NCBI GenBank assembly: GCA_964016885.1
Contig: OZ024748.1
Location: 36,518,001-36,582,000, forward strand
Length of the DNA stretch: 64,000 nucleotides
Source: Eledone cirrhosa
Taxonomy: Eukaryota
Direction of reading: 5' to 3'
Made by a program: the position numbers and the translations under genes. How positions within the stretch are numbered: position 1 is the first letter of the stretch; each line of letters opens with the position of its first letter. Below are positions 40,023 to 57,489 of the stretch, one piece after another. The notes beneath the pieces were generated by a model. The model saw nothing but the letters and a program-made list of their open reading frames with translations. It had not been told where the DNA came from and ran no database searches.

Positions 40023-40252
40023 AGAGCACCCAGCACTCACTGTAAATGAGGTTGGTGTTAGGAAGGGCATCCAGCTGTAGAAATCAAGCCAGAATCAGTT
40101 CCCGTCCCACCCTTGCAAGCAGGGAAAGCGGACGTAAAATGAAATGATGATGATGAAATGATATATATATATTAGAAAGTGAGGTTTTTTTTAACAAAAT
40201 GAAAATAACCGAATATACATATATATACATACATACATACATACATACATAC

Positions 40253-40280
<28 letters not shown>

Positions 40281-40286
<6 letters not shown>

Positions 40287-40379
40287 CAAGAGATATGTAA
40301 TTTGTTGGTAATTCAACAAATTGATTGATAACAGATTCGAAGCACTCAACAGCTTTTCTGGAGTATAATATCAATGATA

Positions 40380-40432
<53 letters not shown>

Positions 40433-40528
40433 TAATATCATTGATATTATACTCCAGAAAAGCTGTTGAGTGCTTCGAATCTGTTATCAATAAATTTGTT
40501 GAATTACCAACAAATTAAATATCTCTTG

Positions 40529-40533
<5 letters not shown>
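40281..40533. repeat. ~105-bp inverted arms with (TA)n spacer and (TA)n flanks
   Basis: 40281-40384 is the reverse complement of 40430-40533. Confidence 0.9.
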
Positions 40534-40591
<58 letters not shown>

Positions 40592-40913
40592 GTATATATA
40601 TATGTGTATATACATATACATATACATAATAAATTTACATTTAGTCGATATTTAAAATATATATATAGATATCGACAATTGAGAAAGTACTAGTATTTTG
40701 TAAATATATCATTTAACTTTGTTGTACACACACACACACAATGAAATAAAAACAAAGAACAAGTTCCTTATATTAAAAAATTCAGCATTTTACGATCGTT
40801 TCTAGGATGTATATATGTGTTGGTATGCATATCATATAGATCTATGTAAAAATATTACAAACTATCAGAGGAAATATACATACCTTCACATATACATGCT
40901 GTCTTTAGAAATG

Positions 40914-40974
<61 letters not shown>

Positions 40975-41151
40975 CATAAATATATGTATATATACACACA
41001 TATATATATATATTAATAAATGGAAACTATATTTATAAATCTATATTTATAAACTATATTTATTCTATTATATATATTTCAAGGGTACCAAAACTTTTGT
41101 ATGCTCAACAAATTAAATATCCCTTTACTTATATATATATATATTTGCTTA

Positions 41152-41227
<76 letters not shown>

Positions 41228-41864
41228 CTCTGCTGATGATCGATTCCAACCGTGACCATCTCCACTTAAAGTTTCGTGAAATAGTCTTTTTAAGACTATA
41301 CAGAGCATTTGTAGTGTTTCTAAATTGAAGGATGAGTATTTTAAACTTTATTTTATTCTGAGTTACGGCTCTATTGATTTTTCCCTGGATTTCACAAAAT
41401 TCTGTGGATGAATCTATATCCTGATTCTTTTTGAATTGAGTTTGAATTATTTTCCCACATCTTACGTTAACTATTTTTCCATTTTGACGTTATAGTCACT
41501 TATATATTATGAAATAATGTTGGCTTCTTGCTCACAATAATTTCTATACTTTTCATTTATATATATATATATATATAATAATAAGGGTTGACGGACCCAC
41601 CATATTTATCAATGCCAGTACCGGTTGTATCTCAGCGCACTCAATGGGCAATGTAAGATACATTACCAGAGTATACACATAGTTATTTGCCTCAACACAA
41701 CACACGTAAATCGGGTGCCTATAGATGATTTCTCACGAATGAAAAAGTTCTAGTCCTGTAGAAGCTCTTCTATATTAACACATTTATACTCTGCTATGTA
41801 TTGAATACCTTACTTACTGTGGTTACCTCCGATTCAACCCGGAATAACTTATATATATATTAAG

Positions 41865-41959
<95 letters not shown>

Positions 41960-42034
41960 AACACACACATATACACACACACACACACACGCACGCACGC
42001 ACGCACACACACACACACACATACATATATATAT

Positions 42035-44425
42035 ATAATTGAAAAAGTGAAGAATAACATGGTCAACAGTACAAAAAAAGGTATTTATTTACAGTCTGAC
42101 AATTGTTTCAGTGATTAAGTTGTCTAAAAATTGCTGAACACTAGAAGCAGTGCCACTCAATTTCAAGTACGATGTTAGCTTACTCAGATCATCTGAGACA
42201 ACTACAAAATATCCGGTAAATTTACAAATTCAAATTACAGCATCGTTAATAATATTAATAATAAAGATTGAGAGAGAAAAAAAAGAAAGAGAGATAGATA
42301 AAAGAGAGAAAGAAAAAGAAAAAGAAAAAGAAAAAGAAAAAGAAAAAGAAAAAGAAAAAGAAATAAAGATATAGAGAGAAAAAAAGACATAGAGAAAGGA
42401 GGAGAGAAAGAGGAGAGAAAAGGATAAAGGAGAAATAAAGGTAGAGAAAAAGAAAAATAGAGGGAAAATAATGATATCAACAATAAATGAATAAATGAAA
42501 ATAAATAAATAAACAAGTTACATCGAGGATGATACAAAATAATACAAAATATGAAAATAAATAAGTAAAAATGTGCGAAGAAATTTAAACATTAAAATTA
42601 TTGAGAATGGTTATTGAGAGTGGTTAAAATATCGAGATACGAAGGTATAAACATGATAATGTTAAATATATTTATGTGTGTATTGGTTATTTTAATAAAT
42701 TAATTATATAATTAATTAATTATTTGATTAATTAGTTGTAAGTTATATTAGATGTGAAAATGATATGATAAGATAAAATAAGATAAAATGCCAGAGATGA
42801 AATAAATTTAGGAAGAGAAATAGAAAGGTAGAAAGTGAAAGATAGAGATATATAAAATATGAATGTAAAATATAAGAGGTTATGATGTTGGTTCATTGAT
42901 AGATGATGACAATTATAATAATAATTATGATAATCGGATATTATAATAGATCTAAGTGGTACAATTTGGGTTGTGGAATAGATTAGATGAATTAAGCTGG
43001 TCTAAAGTTCTCAAATTTGGTCGCCGTTTTATGCTTACAGTAAATAGTTCTTTCAATTTTACTGTTAAGTAGCATTTTGTCGTAATTTAAAATTTGGAAA
43101 AGCTCCATATTACAAAGACCACAGTGGGACAATTCTATAGGCTATTACTGTTGATAACTTCGTCCAACTGATTTTATATTCCATGTTTGTATCTCTGAGT
43201 TGCCAGATTTTATTGGCGAGTGTTGTATTCATGAGCTTCCTGTTATTCATAGTGTCTATGGACATACCACCTTTTCTTAAACCTCCCCGCTGAGGAACCT
43301 ATGTAGTGCCATGCTAAGCTGCCTGAATTTATAGTACATAGGTACACCTATTTGACTCCAGGCATCTATTTTGTAATGGGCATTTGTCAGGTAGATGACA
43401 ATTATATTTAGATGCTTTCCTATGTGCCGATTCTTCGATATGGTTTTGTAAGTTATTATGTACGGGCTGAGAATTGGGTTTGTTGATGTATTGAGGTGAT
43501 GTGCTCTGACATGTGTTTGGTTGTGATGATGTTATATGCTTGTGTTTTGTATTTGGTGTTATGGTACTTATTTGCGGGCTGCTTGTATTATAAATTCTCT
43601 TATAATTAATTTTATGTATGTGCGATTCTATGTTGTTGGCAGTGGAGTATGATAGTTTGATAGTTTTTTCTATTTTATGATATTTATGAGTTTTAGGGAA
43701 GTGTTTGTCAACTAATTTGAAGAAAGTGAAGGGTAGTTTTGTTTTTATAGAGGAGTTAAATATTGGATTGAACCATAAGTACTTTCTATCTCTACATCTT
43801 CTATAGTTACTAATGGTCTTTATATTAGTATTCTGTTCAATTAAATCTCGTGCTTGTTGCCAATTTCTATGTTTAGTCCTAGATTTGTTGCTTCTATAGG
43901 TGTGAATAGTGTTATTTCTATAAAGTGTATTGTTATTTTTTGTATCTGGTATGTATTTGAGTCTCTCTTTATGGCCTGCCTTAAGTAAAGCTATGTTGTA
44001 GTAGTTAGCGTGTTCGTTAAAAATCTCTAGATTAGAAGATAAGCACGAGATTCTAAGGGATATACTATGTGCTATGGAGTTAATTATGGATCGAGGGTGA
44101 TTAGAGTTATAATTAATGTAAGCTAAATTTTCATTATTTTTATGGAAGGGTGCTATTAGTCCAGTGTTTAGGTTAAGCGATACATCTAAGAAGTTAGCTT
44201 TTTTAGAGTTGAGTTCAAAAGTGATGTTAAGGCCTAATTTATTAAAGAATTTTCTAATCCTCTTCCGTAATCTTTCTAAGTTTTGATTATTTAGGTTTTT
44301 AGCTAAAAGTAATGTATCGTCTCTATAAATTCCTCCTTGTAGGTTATCAAATTCCTCATGTAAGATATGTGCTATATATATTCCGACAGTGTCCGTAACT
44401 TGGGCTGAATCATTTGATCCCATAG
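42035..44425 (-). mobile_element. Truncated, degenerate Penelope-like element (YRDD-type RT, GIY-YIG, 3' UTR)
   Basis: ORF 43329-44477 has MGSNDSAQV..GIYRDD, NFLDVSL, SNHP and WFNP. Frameshifted HYIGSS..FKKRW endonuclease runs to ~42995. Degenerate HHR at ~42087-42200 (GTCT-CAGATGA..GAAA-CAATTG-TC-AGAC). Confidence 0.88.
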
Positions 44426-44493
44426 TTATATGTCCCAAGGCTCTGAAACCATCAACACAAAAACACAGAGCTGGCATATCTAAGAACTGACTA

Positions 44494-44544
44494 ACTGCCT
44501 GATGAGGTCATAGCCATTCAATGGCTATCATCGAAATAGCAGTC
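44494..44544 (+). ncRNA. Hammerhead-like motif lacking stem III
   Basis: ACTGC-CTGATGA-GGTC ATAGCCA ttcaa TGGCTAT CATC-GAAA-TA-GCAGT. Confidence 0.6.
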
Positions 44545-44572
44545 AATAAAGGATTGTATGTATGTAAATATG

Positions 44573-44671
<99 letters not shown>

Positions 44672-44797
44672 GTCAGTAATGAATAGACGAAAAATACCTC
44701 AAATTAGTGTTTGGCCTTTTGTATGTGCACACACAAACACACAGACGCGCATATATGTATATATATATATAAGTTCATGCAATTGACTTATGTTTCG

Positions 44798-44849
<52 letters not shown>

Positions 44850-44954
44850 AGGTGGTGTTATTAAGTTAGACATGGCCTGGGCCATTACTGGCTGAAACCT
44901 ATCAAAGTTATCAAAGTTATATATATATATATATATAATTATATATATATATAT

Positions 44955-45276
44955 ATATTTGAAAAAAATGAAAAGAATGACTTCACTTGTAGTTTTAAAA
45001 AATTTATGATTTAATGTTATAATATAAATATTAGAATATTATGAGTTGGTAGATCCAGTAAGTTCATTGTTAACTTCGGTGGAAAGAATTTTAGAGATTC
45101 CTGGTTAACTTGGGTTGGAGAACTTTCTCGCATTCGTCTGTCTGTGGCGATTGTCAAACTGAGATCAGGTTGTGTTGAAATGTGTGACTATATATAGGAG
45201 AGATTTGGATGTGTCTGGAGTGTGGCGTGTGGTGTTAATGAGTGCTGATGATGATGAAGGTCCTTAGGAATTAAAG

Positions 45277-45356
<80 letters not shown>

Positions 45357-45867
45357 TACATATACACACACTCAGAAAATGGTGAAGTTGTAAGATAAGG
45401 GTGTTTGTCTACTGCTGGTTTTATTTCATTAGCTGACCTTTGATGAGTTTATAATGGCATAGCTTTTCCAAATCCATAAAGAATATCTTATACAAATTTC
45501 TATATTAAAGATGAATTTAGGTGCTTGTCTGGGTTTTAATGAGGTGTAAGATACATGTCTTTTGATAAGAATGGGATGACAGGGAAAAGAAAAAAAGAAG
45601 GATAGTTTGGGAACATTTGTCAAAGATGTGTTGTTGATATTGGTCTGGGAGAGGAAGTGTATGCTGGCTCACATATTCACTTCCCTATATGTAAATGTAT
45701 TTACAGTCCATATATGCTACATACAAATACAAATCAACACATACATACATACATACATATATATATACATATATATATATACATACACATGTATATATAC
45801 ACACACATACATACGCATACACACCCATATATATATATATACTACATATATGCACACACATATATAT

Positions 45868-45898
<31 letters not shown>

Positions 45899-46383
45899 AT
45901 ATATGTATATATATACATATATATACATACACCAAACACATATATACATATTATACAAACACACACATGTATGTATATATATACATACACATACACTTAT
46001 ATATATATATATATCTTAAACACACATACATATACACACTAAACATACATATCTATTTCACCTACATACAAATATATATTTTCTACATACATACATATAC
46101 ATATATTTCAAACGCATACATATATACATATATATACACACCACATATACACACACATATATTTTTTCTACATACATATATATATATACATATATACATA
46201 CATATATCATATACACACCCCATATATATATACATTTTTTACACATATACCATACATACATGTTATATACACACCATATATATCCTATACATATACCGCA
46301 CATATATCATGTACATCCTATATATACACTATACATATCCTACATACATATTATATATTTCTCCCACATATATATACACACAT

Positions 46384-46417
<34 letters not shown>

Positions 46418-47890
46418 CTTCCATATACACATATATATTTTATACATACAAACATACATAAATATACACACATATACATAAACCCACACACACATATACA
46501 TATACACACATATATATACATACACACACACGCACATACATATACATACATATACACATGCGCATATATATATTCCACACATTTTATATACACACATATC
46601 TATCTCACACATACGAACGTGCATACATACACACATAGATAAATATACACACACACACATGCACACATACACATAAACATGTACACATATATCTGTATAC
46701 CTACATGTACATATATGAAAAAACACCTCTATACTTACATATATGCACTCAAGTGTTTAAGTTCATATATACATTGGTGTGGGGAGGGGGAAATTAATGA
46801 AATGTACCTCTGAGGGTTTTTCTTCTCTTCAGCGATCGAATGTTTGAAAGTACGGGTGTCAACTATTTTTCTTTTTCAATATGAGATTTTTTTAAAGAAA
46901 AAAGAGGGAGGAAATCCAGTTGCTTGAAGATGGAATATCACTTTTTTGTGTTCAGTAGTGGTTTGTATTTTCTAATAAAGAATTCTTTATATTTTCGGAA
47001 GTGTTCGTTGTCCGACCTTATCTTAAAGAAAGGGGAAAATTGTGAAATTTCCCTTTCCGCATGCTGCGAAGTGTTCACTGCATGTGGTGTTTCTGACAGA
47101 GGATCCTCTAATTTGTTGTTTATGTACTCGGACTCTGACATGTAGACCCATTCCGGTTTCACCAATGTAGTATTCTTTACATTGTGGGCAGTTTCCACAG
47201 TAAATCAAGTTTTTTGTTTTGCAATTCATGTTTGCATTAACTGTGAAAGACTGGTTGTTTTTAAAGGAGATTTGTCCACCTTCTTCAATGAGTTCGCAAG
47301 TTCCGGATCGAGGGTCCCCGCATTTTTTAACTTGCATTGTTTCATTATTAGACGTAAATTTTGCCTTGGTTAGCAGTTTCTTTAGGTTGGGTGCTTGGCG
47401 TCTACTATATATAATTTGTGCGTCTTTTATGAGTGCATTCATTTTGGGGGACTGGTGGAGAATCGGGAGATATTGTTTGGCCGCTTTTACAATGATGAAG
47501 TTCCTTGGATTGTGAGTGATGACAAAAGGGATAACTGTTTTTTCCATTCTATTTTGTTGCTTTGTTTTTCTCAGTGTTGTCACTGGGATGTTCTGGGCTT
47601 TGGAAATGGCTGTGTTGATGAGGTTCACCAGTTATTCTTGTCTCTTAAGGAACTTTTTTAATTCATATAATCTTTTTTCCTGTAGTGTGGGGTGTATCAC
47701 TATGGTGCAGATGCGTCTTGCCATGTTAAGAGGAATGTTCATTTTGGTATGTGATGAGCGGAAATTCTTCCCACCGAAGTTAACAAAGAACTTACTGGAT
47801 CTGCCAGCTCATATTATAATATTATGTTATAACATTAAATCATAAATTTATTAACACAAGTGAAGTCATTTTTTCGTTTTTTTCAAATAT
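44955..47890 (-). mobile_element. 5'-truncated PLE (Neptune-like Cys linker plus GIY-YIG) with inverted terminal copy
   Basis: ORF 47023-47628 with CGDPRSGTC..NCKTKNLIYC..C..YYIGETG. 47761-47890 is the reverse complement of 44955-45090. 3' UTR rich in TA/CA repeats. Confidence 0.85.
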
Positions 47891-48012
47891 GCCTAACTGT
47901 ACCAAGGATATCACACATTATCCAATATATATATATATATATATTGGATAATGTGTGATATCCCCTGTGATTGTTTAATATGTTTATTTATATGTTTAGC
48001 AATTTCTAGTTG

Positions 48013-48256
<244 letters not shown>

Positions 48257-48328
48257 TACATATATATATATATTATACATATATATATATATATATATAT
48301 TATACATATATATATATATATATATATT

Positions 48329-48362
<34 letters not shown>

Positions 48363-48426
48363 CATATATATATATTATACATATATATATATATATATAT
48401 ATTATACATATATATATATATATATT

Positions 48427-48494
<68 letters not shown>

Positions 48495-48541
48495 CATATA
48501 TATATATATATATTATACATATATATATATATATATATATT

Positions 48542-48579
<38 letters not shown>

Positions 48580-48630
48580 CATATATATATATATATATTA
48601 TACATATATATATATATATATATATATATT

Positions 48631-48700
<70 letters not shown>

Positions 48701-48719
48701 ACATATATATATATATATT

Positions 48720-48769
<50 letters not shown>

Positions 48770-48799
48770 CATATATATATATATATATGTATATATATT

Positions 48800-48879
<80 letters not shown>

Positions 48880-48892
48880 ATGTATATATATT

Positions 48893-48959
<67 letters not shown>

Positions 48960-48985
48960 CACATATATATATATATATATATATT

Positions 48986-49101
<116 letters not shown>

Positions 49102-49175
49102 CATATATATATATATTATACATATATATATATATATATATATTATACATATATATATATATATATATATATATT

Positions 49176-49206
<31 letters not shown>

Positions 49207-49207
<1 letters not shown>

Positions 49208-49357
49208 CGGGCGATGCGTTATGTCCTTGAGCAAGACACTTTATTTCACGTTGCTCCTTCTACCTGGAGTTGCGACCGATAGATAGTAGCAACTGGAAAG
49301 ACCAACGGAAACATTGTTTCCTCGGTCCGATTTGACGAAAGTCGATCGATTAAAATA

Positions 49358-49365
<8 letters not shown>
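49207..49365 (+). mobile_element. 5'-truncated SINE
   Basis: Matches 6990-7140. Confidence 0.8.
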
Positions 49366-49449
<84 letters not shown>

Positions 49450-49541
49450 CATATATATATATATATATATATATATTATACATATATATACATATATATA
49501 TATATTATACATATATATATATATATATATTATACATATAT

Positions 49542-49573
<32 letters not shown>

Positions 49574-49647
49574 TATGCATATATATATATATATATATAT
49601 TATACATATATATATATATATATATTATACATATATATATATATATT

Positions 49648-49679
<32 letters not shown>

Positions 49680-49810
49680 CATATATATATATATATTATA
49701 CATTATACATATATATATATATTATACATATATATATATATATATATATTATACATTATACATATATATATATTATACATATATATATTATACATATATA
49801 TATATATATT

Positions 49811-49842
<32 letters not shown>

Positions 49843-50109
49843 CATATATATATATATATATATATTATACATTATACATATATATATATTATACATATAT
49901 ATGTTATACATATATATATATATATATTATACATATATATATTATACATATATATATATATATTATACATATATATATATATTATACATATATATAGATA
50001 TATTATACATATATATATATATTATACATATATATATATATTATACATATATATATATATTATACATATATATATATATATATTATACATATATATATAA
50101 ATATATGTA

Positions 50110-50141
<32 letters not shown>

Positions 50142-50169
50142 TATACATATATATATAAATATATGTATA

Positions 50170-50333
<164 letters not shown>

Positions 50334-50351
50334 TATACATATATATATATT

Positions 50352-50391
<40 letters not shown>

Positions 50392-50532
50392 CATATATAT
50401 ATAATATACATATATATATATATATATTATACATATATATATATATATATATATTATACATGTATATATATATATTATACATATATATATATATATATAT
50501 TATACATATATACATATATATATATATATATT

Positions 50533-50564
<32 letters not shown>

Positions 50565-50742
50565 CATATATATATATATATATATATATATTATACATAT
50601 ATATATATTATACATATATATAAATATATATATATATATATTATACATTATACATATATATATATATTATACATATATATGTTATACATATATATATATA
50701 TATATTATACATATATATATTATACGTATATATATATATATT

Positions 50743-50786
<44 letters not shown>

Positions 50787-51024
50787 CATATATATATATA
50801 TATATATATTATACATATATATATATATATATATTATACATATATATATATATTATACATATATATATATATATATTATACATATATATATATATATTAT
50901 ACATATATATATATATATATTATACATATATATATATATATATTATACATATATATATATATTATACATATATATATATATTATACATATATATATATAT
51001 ATTATACATATATATATATATATT

Positions 51025-51062
<38 letters not shown>

Positions 51063-51084
51063 CACATATATATATATATATATT

Positions 51085-51186
<102 letters not shown>

Positions 51187-51188
51187 TA

Positions 51189-51219
<31 letters not shown>

Positions 51220-51293
51220 TACATATATATATATATATATATATATATTATACATATATATATATATATATATATTATGCATATATATATATT

Positions 51294-51372
<79 letters not shown>

Positions 51373-51413
51373 CATATATATATATTATACATATATATAT
51401 ATATATATTATAC

Positions 51414-51450
<37 letters not shown>

Positions 51451-51470
51451 ATATTATACATATATATATT

Positions 51471-51655
<185 letters not shown>

Positions 51656-51692
51656 CATATATATATATATATATGTATAATATATATATATG

Positions 51693-51730
<38 letters not shown>

Positions 51731-51794
51731 AATATATATATATATATATATATATTATACATATATATATTATACATATATATATATATATATT

Positions 51795-51826
<32 letters not shown>

Positions 51827-51874
51827 CATATATATATATATATATATTATACATATATATATATATATATATAT

Positions 51875-51952
51875 ATTGTTATACTTTGGGAGGGTCATGT
51901 TGCCAATAAGTATAACAATATCAGATTCAACACACGATTTCAGATAAAGAAA
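51875..51952. mobile_element. Micro-insertion of two opposed PLE tail pieces (duplicate at 54451-54528)
   Basis: ATTGTTATACTTTGGGAGGGTCATGTTGCCAATAAG joined to inverted TATAACAATATC..CAGATAAAGAA, both from 61278-61346. Confidence 0.88.
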
Positions 51953-51967
51953 ATATATATATATATT

Positions 51968-52029
<62 letters not shown>

Positions 52030-52055
52030 TACATATATATATATGTATATATATT

Positions 52056-52087
<32 letters not shown>

Positions 52088-52207
52088 CATATATATATAT
52101 ATATATATATATATTATACATATATATAAATATATATATATATTATACATATATATATTAAACATATATATAAATATATATATATATATATTATACATAT
52201 ATATATT

Positions 52208-52255
<48 letters not shown>

Positions 52256-52284
52256 CATATATATATTATACATATATATGTATA

Positions 52285-52391
<107 letters not shown>

Positions 52392-52393
52392 TT

Positions 52394-52425
<32 letters not shown>

Positions 52426-52707
52426 CATATATATATATATATATAAATATATATATATATATTATACATATATATATATATTATACATATATATATATAT
52501 TATACATATATATATATATTATACATATATATATATATTATACATATATATATATATTATACATATATATATATATTACACATATATATATATATTATAC
52601 ATATATATATATATTATACATATATATATATATATTATACATATATATATATATATATTATACATATATATATATATATATTATACATATATATATAAAT
52701 ATATGTA

Positions 52708-52739
<32 letters not shown>

Positions 52740-52767
52740 TATACATATATATATAAATATATGTATA

Positions 52768-52903
<136 letters not shown>

Positions 52904-52944
52904 CATATATATATATATATATATATTATACATATATATATATT

Positions 52945-52984
<40 letters not shown>

Positions 52985-53125
52985 CATATATATATAATAT
53001 ACATATATATATATATATATTATACATATATATATATATATATATATTATACATGTATATATATATATTATACATATATATATATATATATATTATACAT
53101 ATATACATATATATATATATATATT

Positions 53126-53157
<32 letters not shown>

Positions 53158-53333
53158 CATATATATATATATATATATATATATTATACATATATATATA
53201 TTATACATATATATAAATATATATATATATATATTATACATTATACATATATATATATATTATACATATATATGTTATACATATATATATATATATTATA
53301 CATATATATATTATACGTATATATATATATATT

Positions 53334-53377
<44 letters not shown>

Positions 53378-53615
53378 CATATATATATATATATATATAT
53401 TATACATATATATATATATATATATTATACATATATATATATATTATACATATATATATATATATATTATACATATATATATATATATTATACATATATA
53501 TATATATATATTATACATATATATATATATATATTATACATATATATATATATTATACATATATATATATATTATACATATATATATATATATTATACAT
53601 ATATATATATATATT

Positions 53616-53651
<36 letters not shown>

Positions 53652-53673
53652 CACATATATATATATATATATT

Positions 53674-53768
<95 letters not shown>

Positions 53769-53770
53769 TA

Positions 53771-53801
<31 letters not shown>

Positions 53802-53875
53802 TACATATATATATATATATATATATATATTATACATATATATATATATATATATATTATGCATATATATATATT

Positions 53876-53952
<77 letters not shown>

Positions 53953-53989
53953 CATATATATATATTATACATATATATATATATATATT

Positions 53990-54028
<39 letters not shown>

Positions 54029-54048
54029 ATATTATACATATATATATT

Positions 54049-54161
<113 letters not shown>

Positions 54162-54189
54162 CATATATATATATATATATATATATATT

Positions 54190-54231
<42 letters not shown>

Positions 54232-54268
54232 CATATATATATATATATATGTATAATATATATATATG

Positions 54269-54306
<38 letters not shown>

Positions 54307-54370
54307 AATATATATATATATATATATATATTATACATATATATATTATACATATATATATATATATATT

Positions 54371-54402
<32 letters not shown>

Positions 54403-54543
54403 CATATATATATATATATATATTATACATATATATATATATATATATATATTGTTATACTTTGGGAGGGTCATGTTGCCAATAAGTATAACAATATCAG
54501 ATTCAACACACGATTTCAGATAAAGAAAATATATATATATATT

Positions 54544-54599
<56 letters not shown>

Positions 54600-54625
54600 T
54601 ACATATATATATATGTATATATATT

Positions 54626-54657
<32 letters not shown>

Positions 54658-54825
54658 CATATATATATATATATATATATATATTATACATATATATAAA
54701 TATATATATATATTATACATATATATATTAAACATATATATAAATATATATATATATATATTATACATATATATATTATACATATATATAAATATATATA
54801 TATATATATTATACATATATATATT

Positions 54826-54873
<48 letters not shown>

Positions 54874-54902
54874 CATATATATATTATACATATATATGTA
54901 TA

Positions 54903-55009
<107 letters not shown>

Positions 55010-55871
55010 TTATACATATATATATATATATATATATTATACATATATATATATATATATAAATATATATATATATATTATACATATATATATATATTAT
55101 ACATATATATATATATTATACATATATATATATATTATACATATATATATATATTATACATATATATATATATTACACATATATATATATATTATACATA
55201 TATATATATATTATACATATATATATATATATTATACATATATATATATATATATTATACATATATATATATATATTATACATATATATATATATTATAC
55301 ATATATATATATATATTATACATATATATATATATATTATACATATATATATATATATTATACATATATATATATTATACATATATATATATATATATTA
55401 TACATATATATATATATTACACATATATATATATATTATACATATATATATATATTATACATATATATATATATTATACATATATATATATATTATACAT
55501 ATATATATATATTATACATATATATATATATTATACATATATATATATATATTATACTTATATATATATATATTATACTTATATATATATATTATACATA
55601 TATATATATATTATACATATATATTTATATTATACTTATATATATATATTATACTTATATATATATATTATACGTATATATATTATACATATATATATAT
55701 AGAATACATATATATATATATATATAGAATACATATATATATATTATACATATATATATATATATATAGAATACATATATATATATATTATACATTTATA
55801 TATATATAGAATACATATATATATATATTATACATTTATATATATATAGAATACATATATGTATATATATT

Positions 55872-55914
<43 letters not shown>

Positions 55915-56066
55915 ACATATATATATATATAATACATTATACATATATATATATATATATAGAATACATATATATATATATTACTCATATATATATATAT
56001 ATAGAATACATATGTATATATATTATTCATATATATATATATATAGAATACATATGTATATATATT

Positions 56067-56107
<41 letters not shown>

Positions 56108-56228
56108 ACATATGTATATATATTATACATATATATATATATATATATATATATTATACATATATATATAGATATATATATTATATATATATATATATTA
56201 TACATATATATATATATATATTTATATT

Positions 56229-56267
<39 letters not shown>

Positions 56268-56498
56268 ATATATATATTATACATATATATATATATTATA
56301 CATATATATATATATATATTATACATATATATATATATATATATATATAGAATACATATATATATATATTATACATATATATATATATATTATACATATA
56401 TATATATATATATATATAGAATATATATATATATATATATATAGAATACATATATATATATATTATACATATATATAGAATACATATATATATATATT

Positions 56499-56545
<47 letters not shown>

Positions 56546-56585
56546 ACATATATATATAGAATACATATATATATATAGAGAGAGA

Positions 56586-56630
<45 letters not shown>

Positions 56631-57138
56631 ACATATATATATATATTATACATATATATATATATATATTATAAATATATATATATATTATACATATATA
56701 TATATATTATACATATATATATATATATTATACATATATATATATATATTATACATATATATATATATATATATATTATACATATATATATATTATACAT
56801 ATATATATATATATTATACATATATATATATATTATACATATATATATATATATATATATTATACATATATATATACATATATTATACATATATATATAT
56901 ATATATTTCGTTTCTGAATTTGTTTAGCAAGATTCTTTATCTGAAATCGTGTGTTGAAACCGATATTGTTATACTTTGGGAGGGTCATGTTGCCAATAAG
57001 AAATACATGCACCAGTTGCTTTCACTTCAATTTATTATATATTTATAAACTTATAAATTTACAAATTTACAAATTTACAAACTTATAAATTTCTGGTTGG
57101 TTGGTTGGTTCCACAACCAGATAGTTTTTTATATATAT

Positions 57139-57183
57139 AGTCATAGTCCTTTCGTCACACGCTCTGTGACCTCTTCAGTGACT
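57139..57183 (-). ncRNA. Type I hammerhead ribozyme in 3' pLTR
   Basis: AGTCA-CTGAAGA-G GTCACA gagcg TGTGAC-GAAA-GGAC-TA-TGACT. Confidence 0.85.
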
Positions 57184-57489
57184 GGGGATTCCTTTCTTCG
57201 TTTCTGTGCCTTTCCTTTCTTCTATCCTACGCCATTTTGTTTCTGTGTGTGTGTTGTGTGCTCAGTTTGCGCATGCGCCACATCCGGGTGTCTCTGTGTG
57301 TTTGTGTTCATTTTTCTATTTTTCTATTTATATTTTTCTATTTGTTTATTTATTTATTTATTTATTGTTGGTTGGCTGTTTGTTCTATGTGTGTGTGTGT
57401 TTTCATTTTGTCCTGTGTGTGTTTTCATTTTGTGTGTGTTTTCAATTGTAAGTTGTTTGTTCTATGTGTGTGTTTTTTTCATTTTGTCC

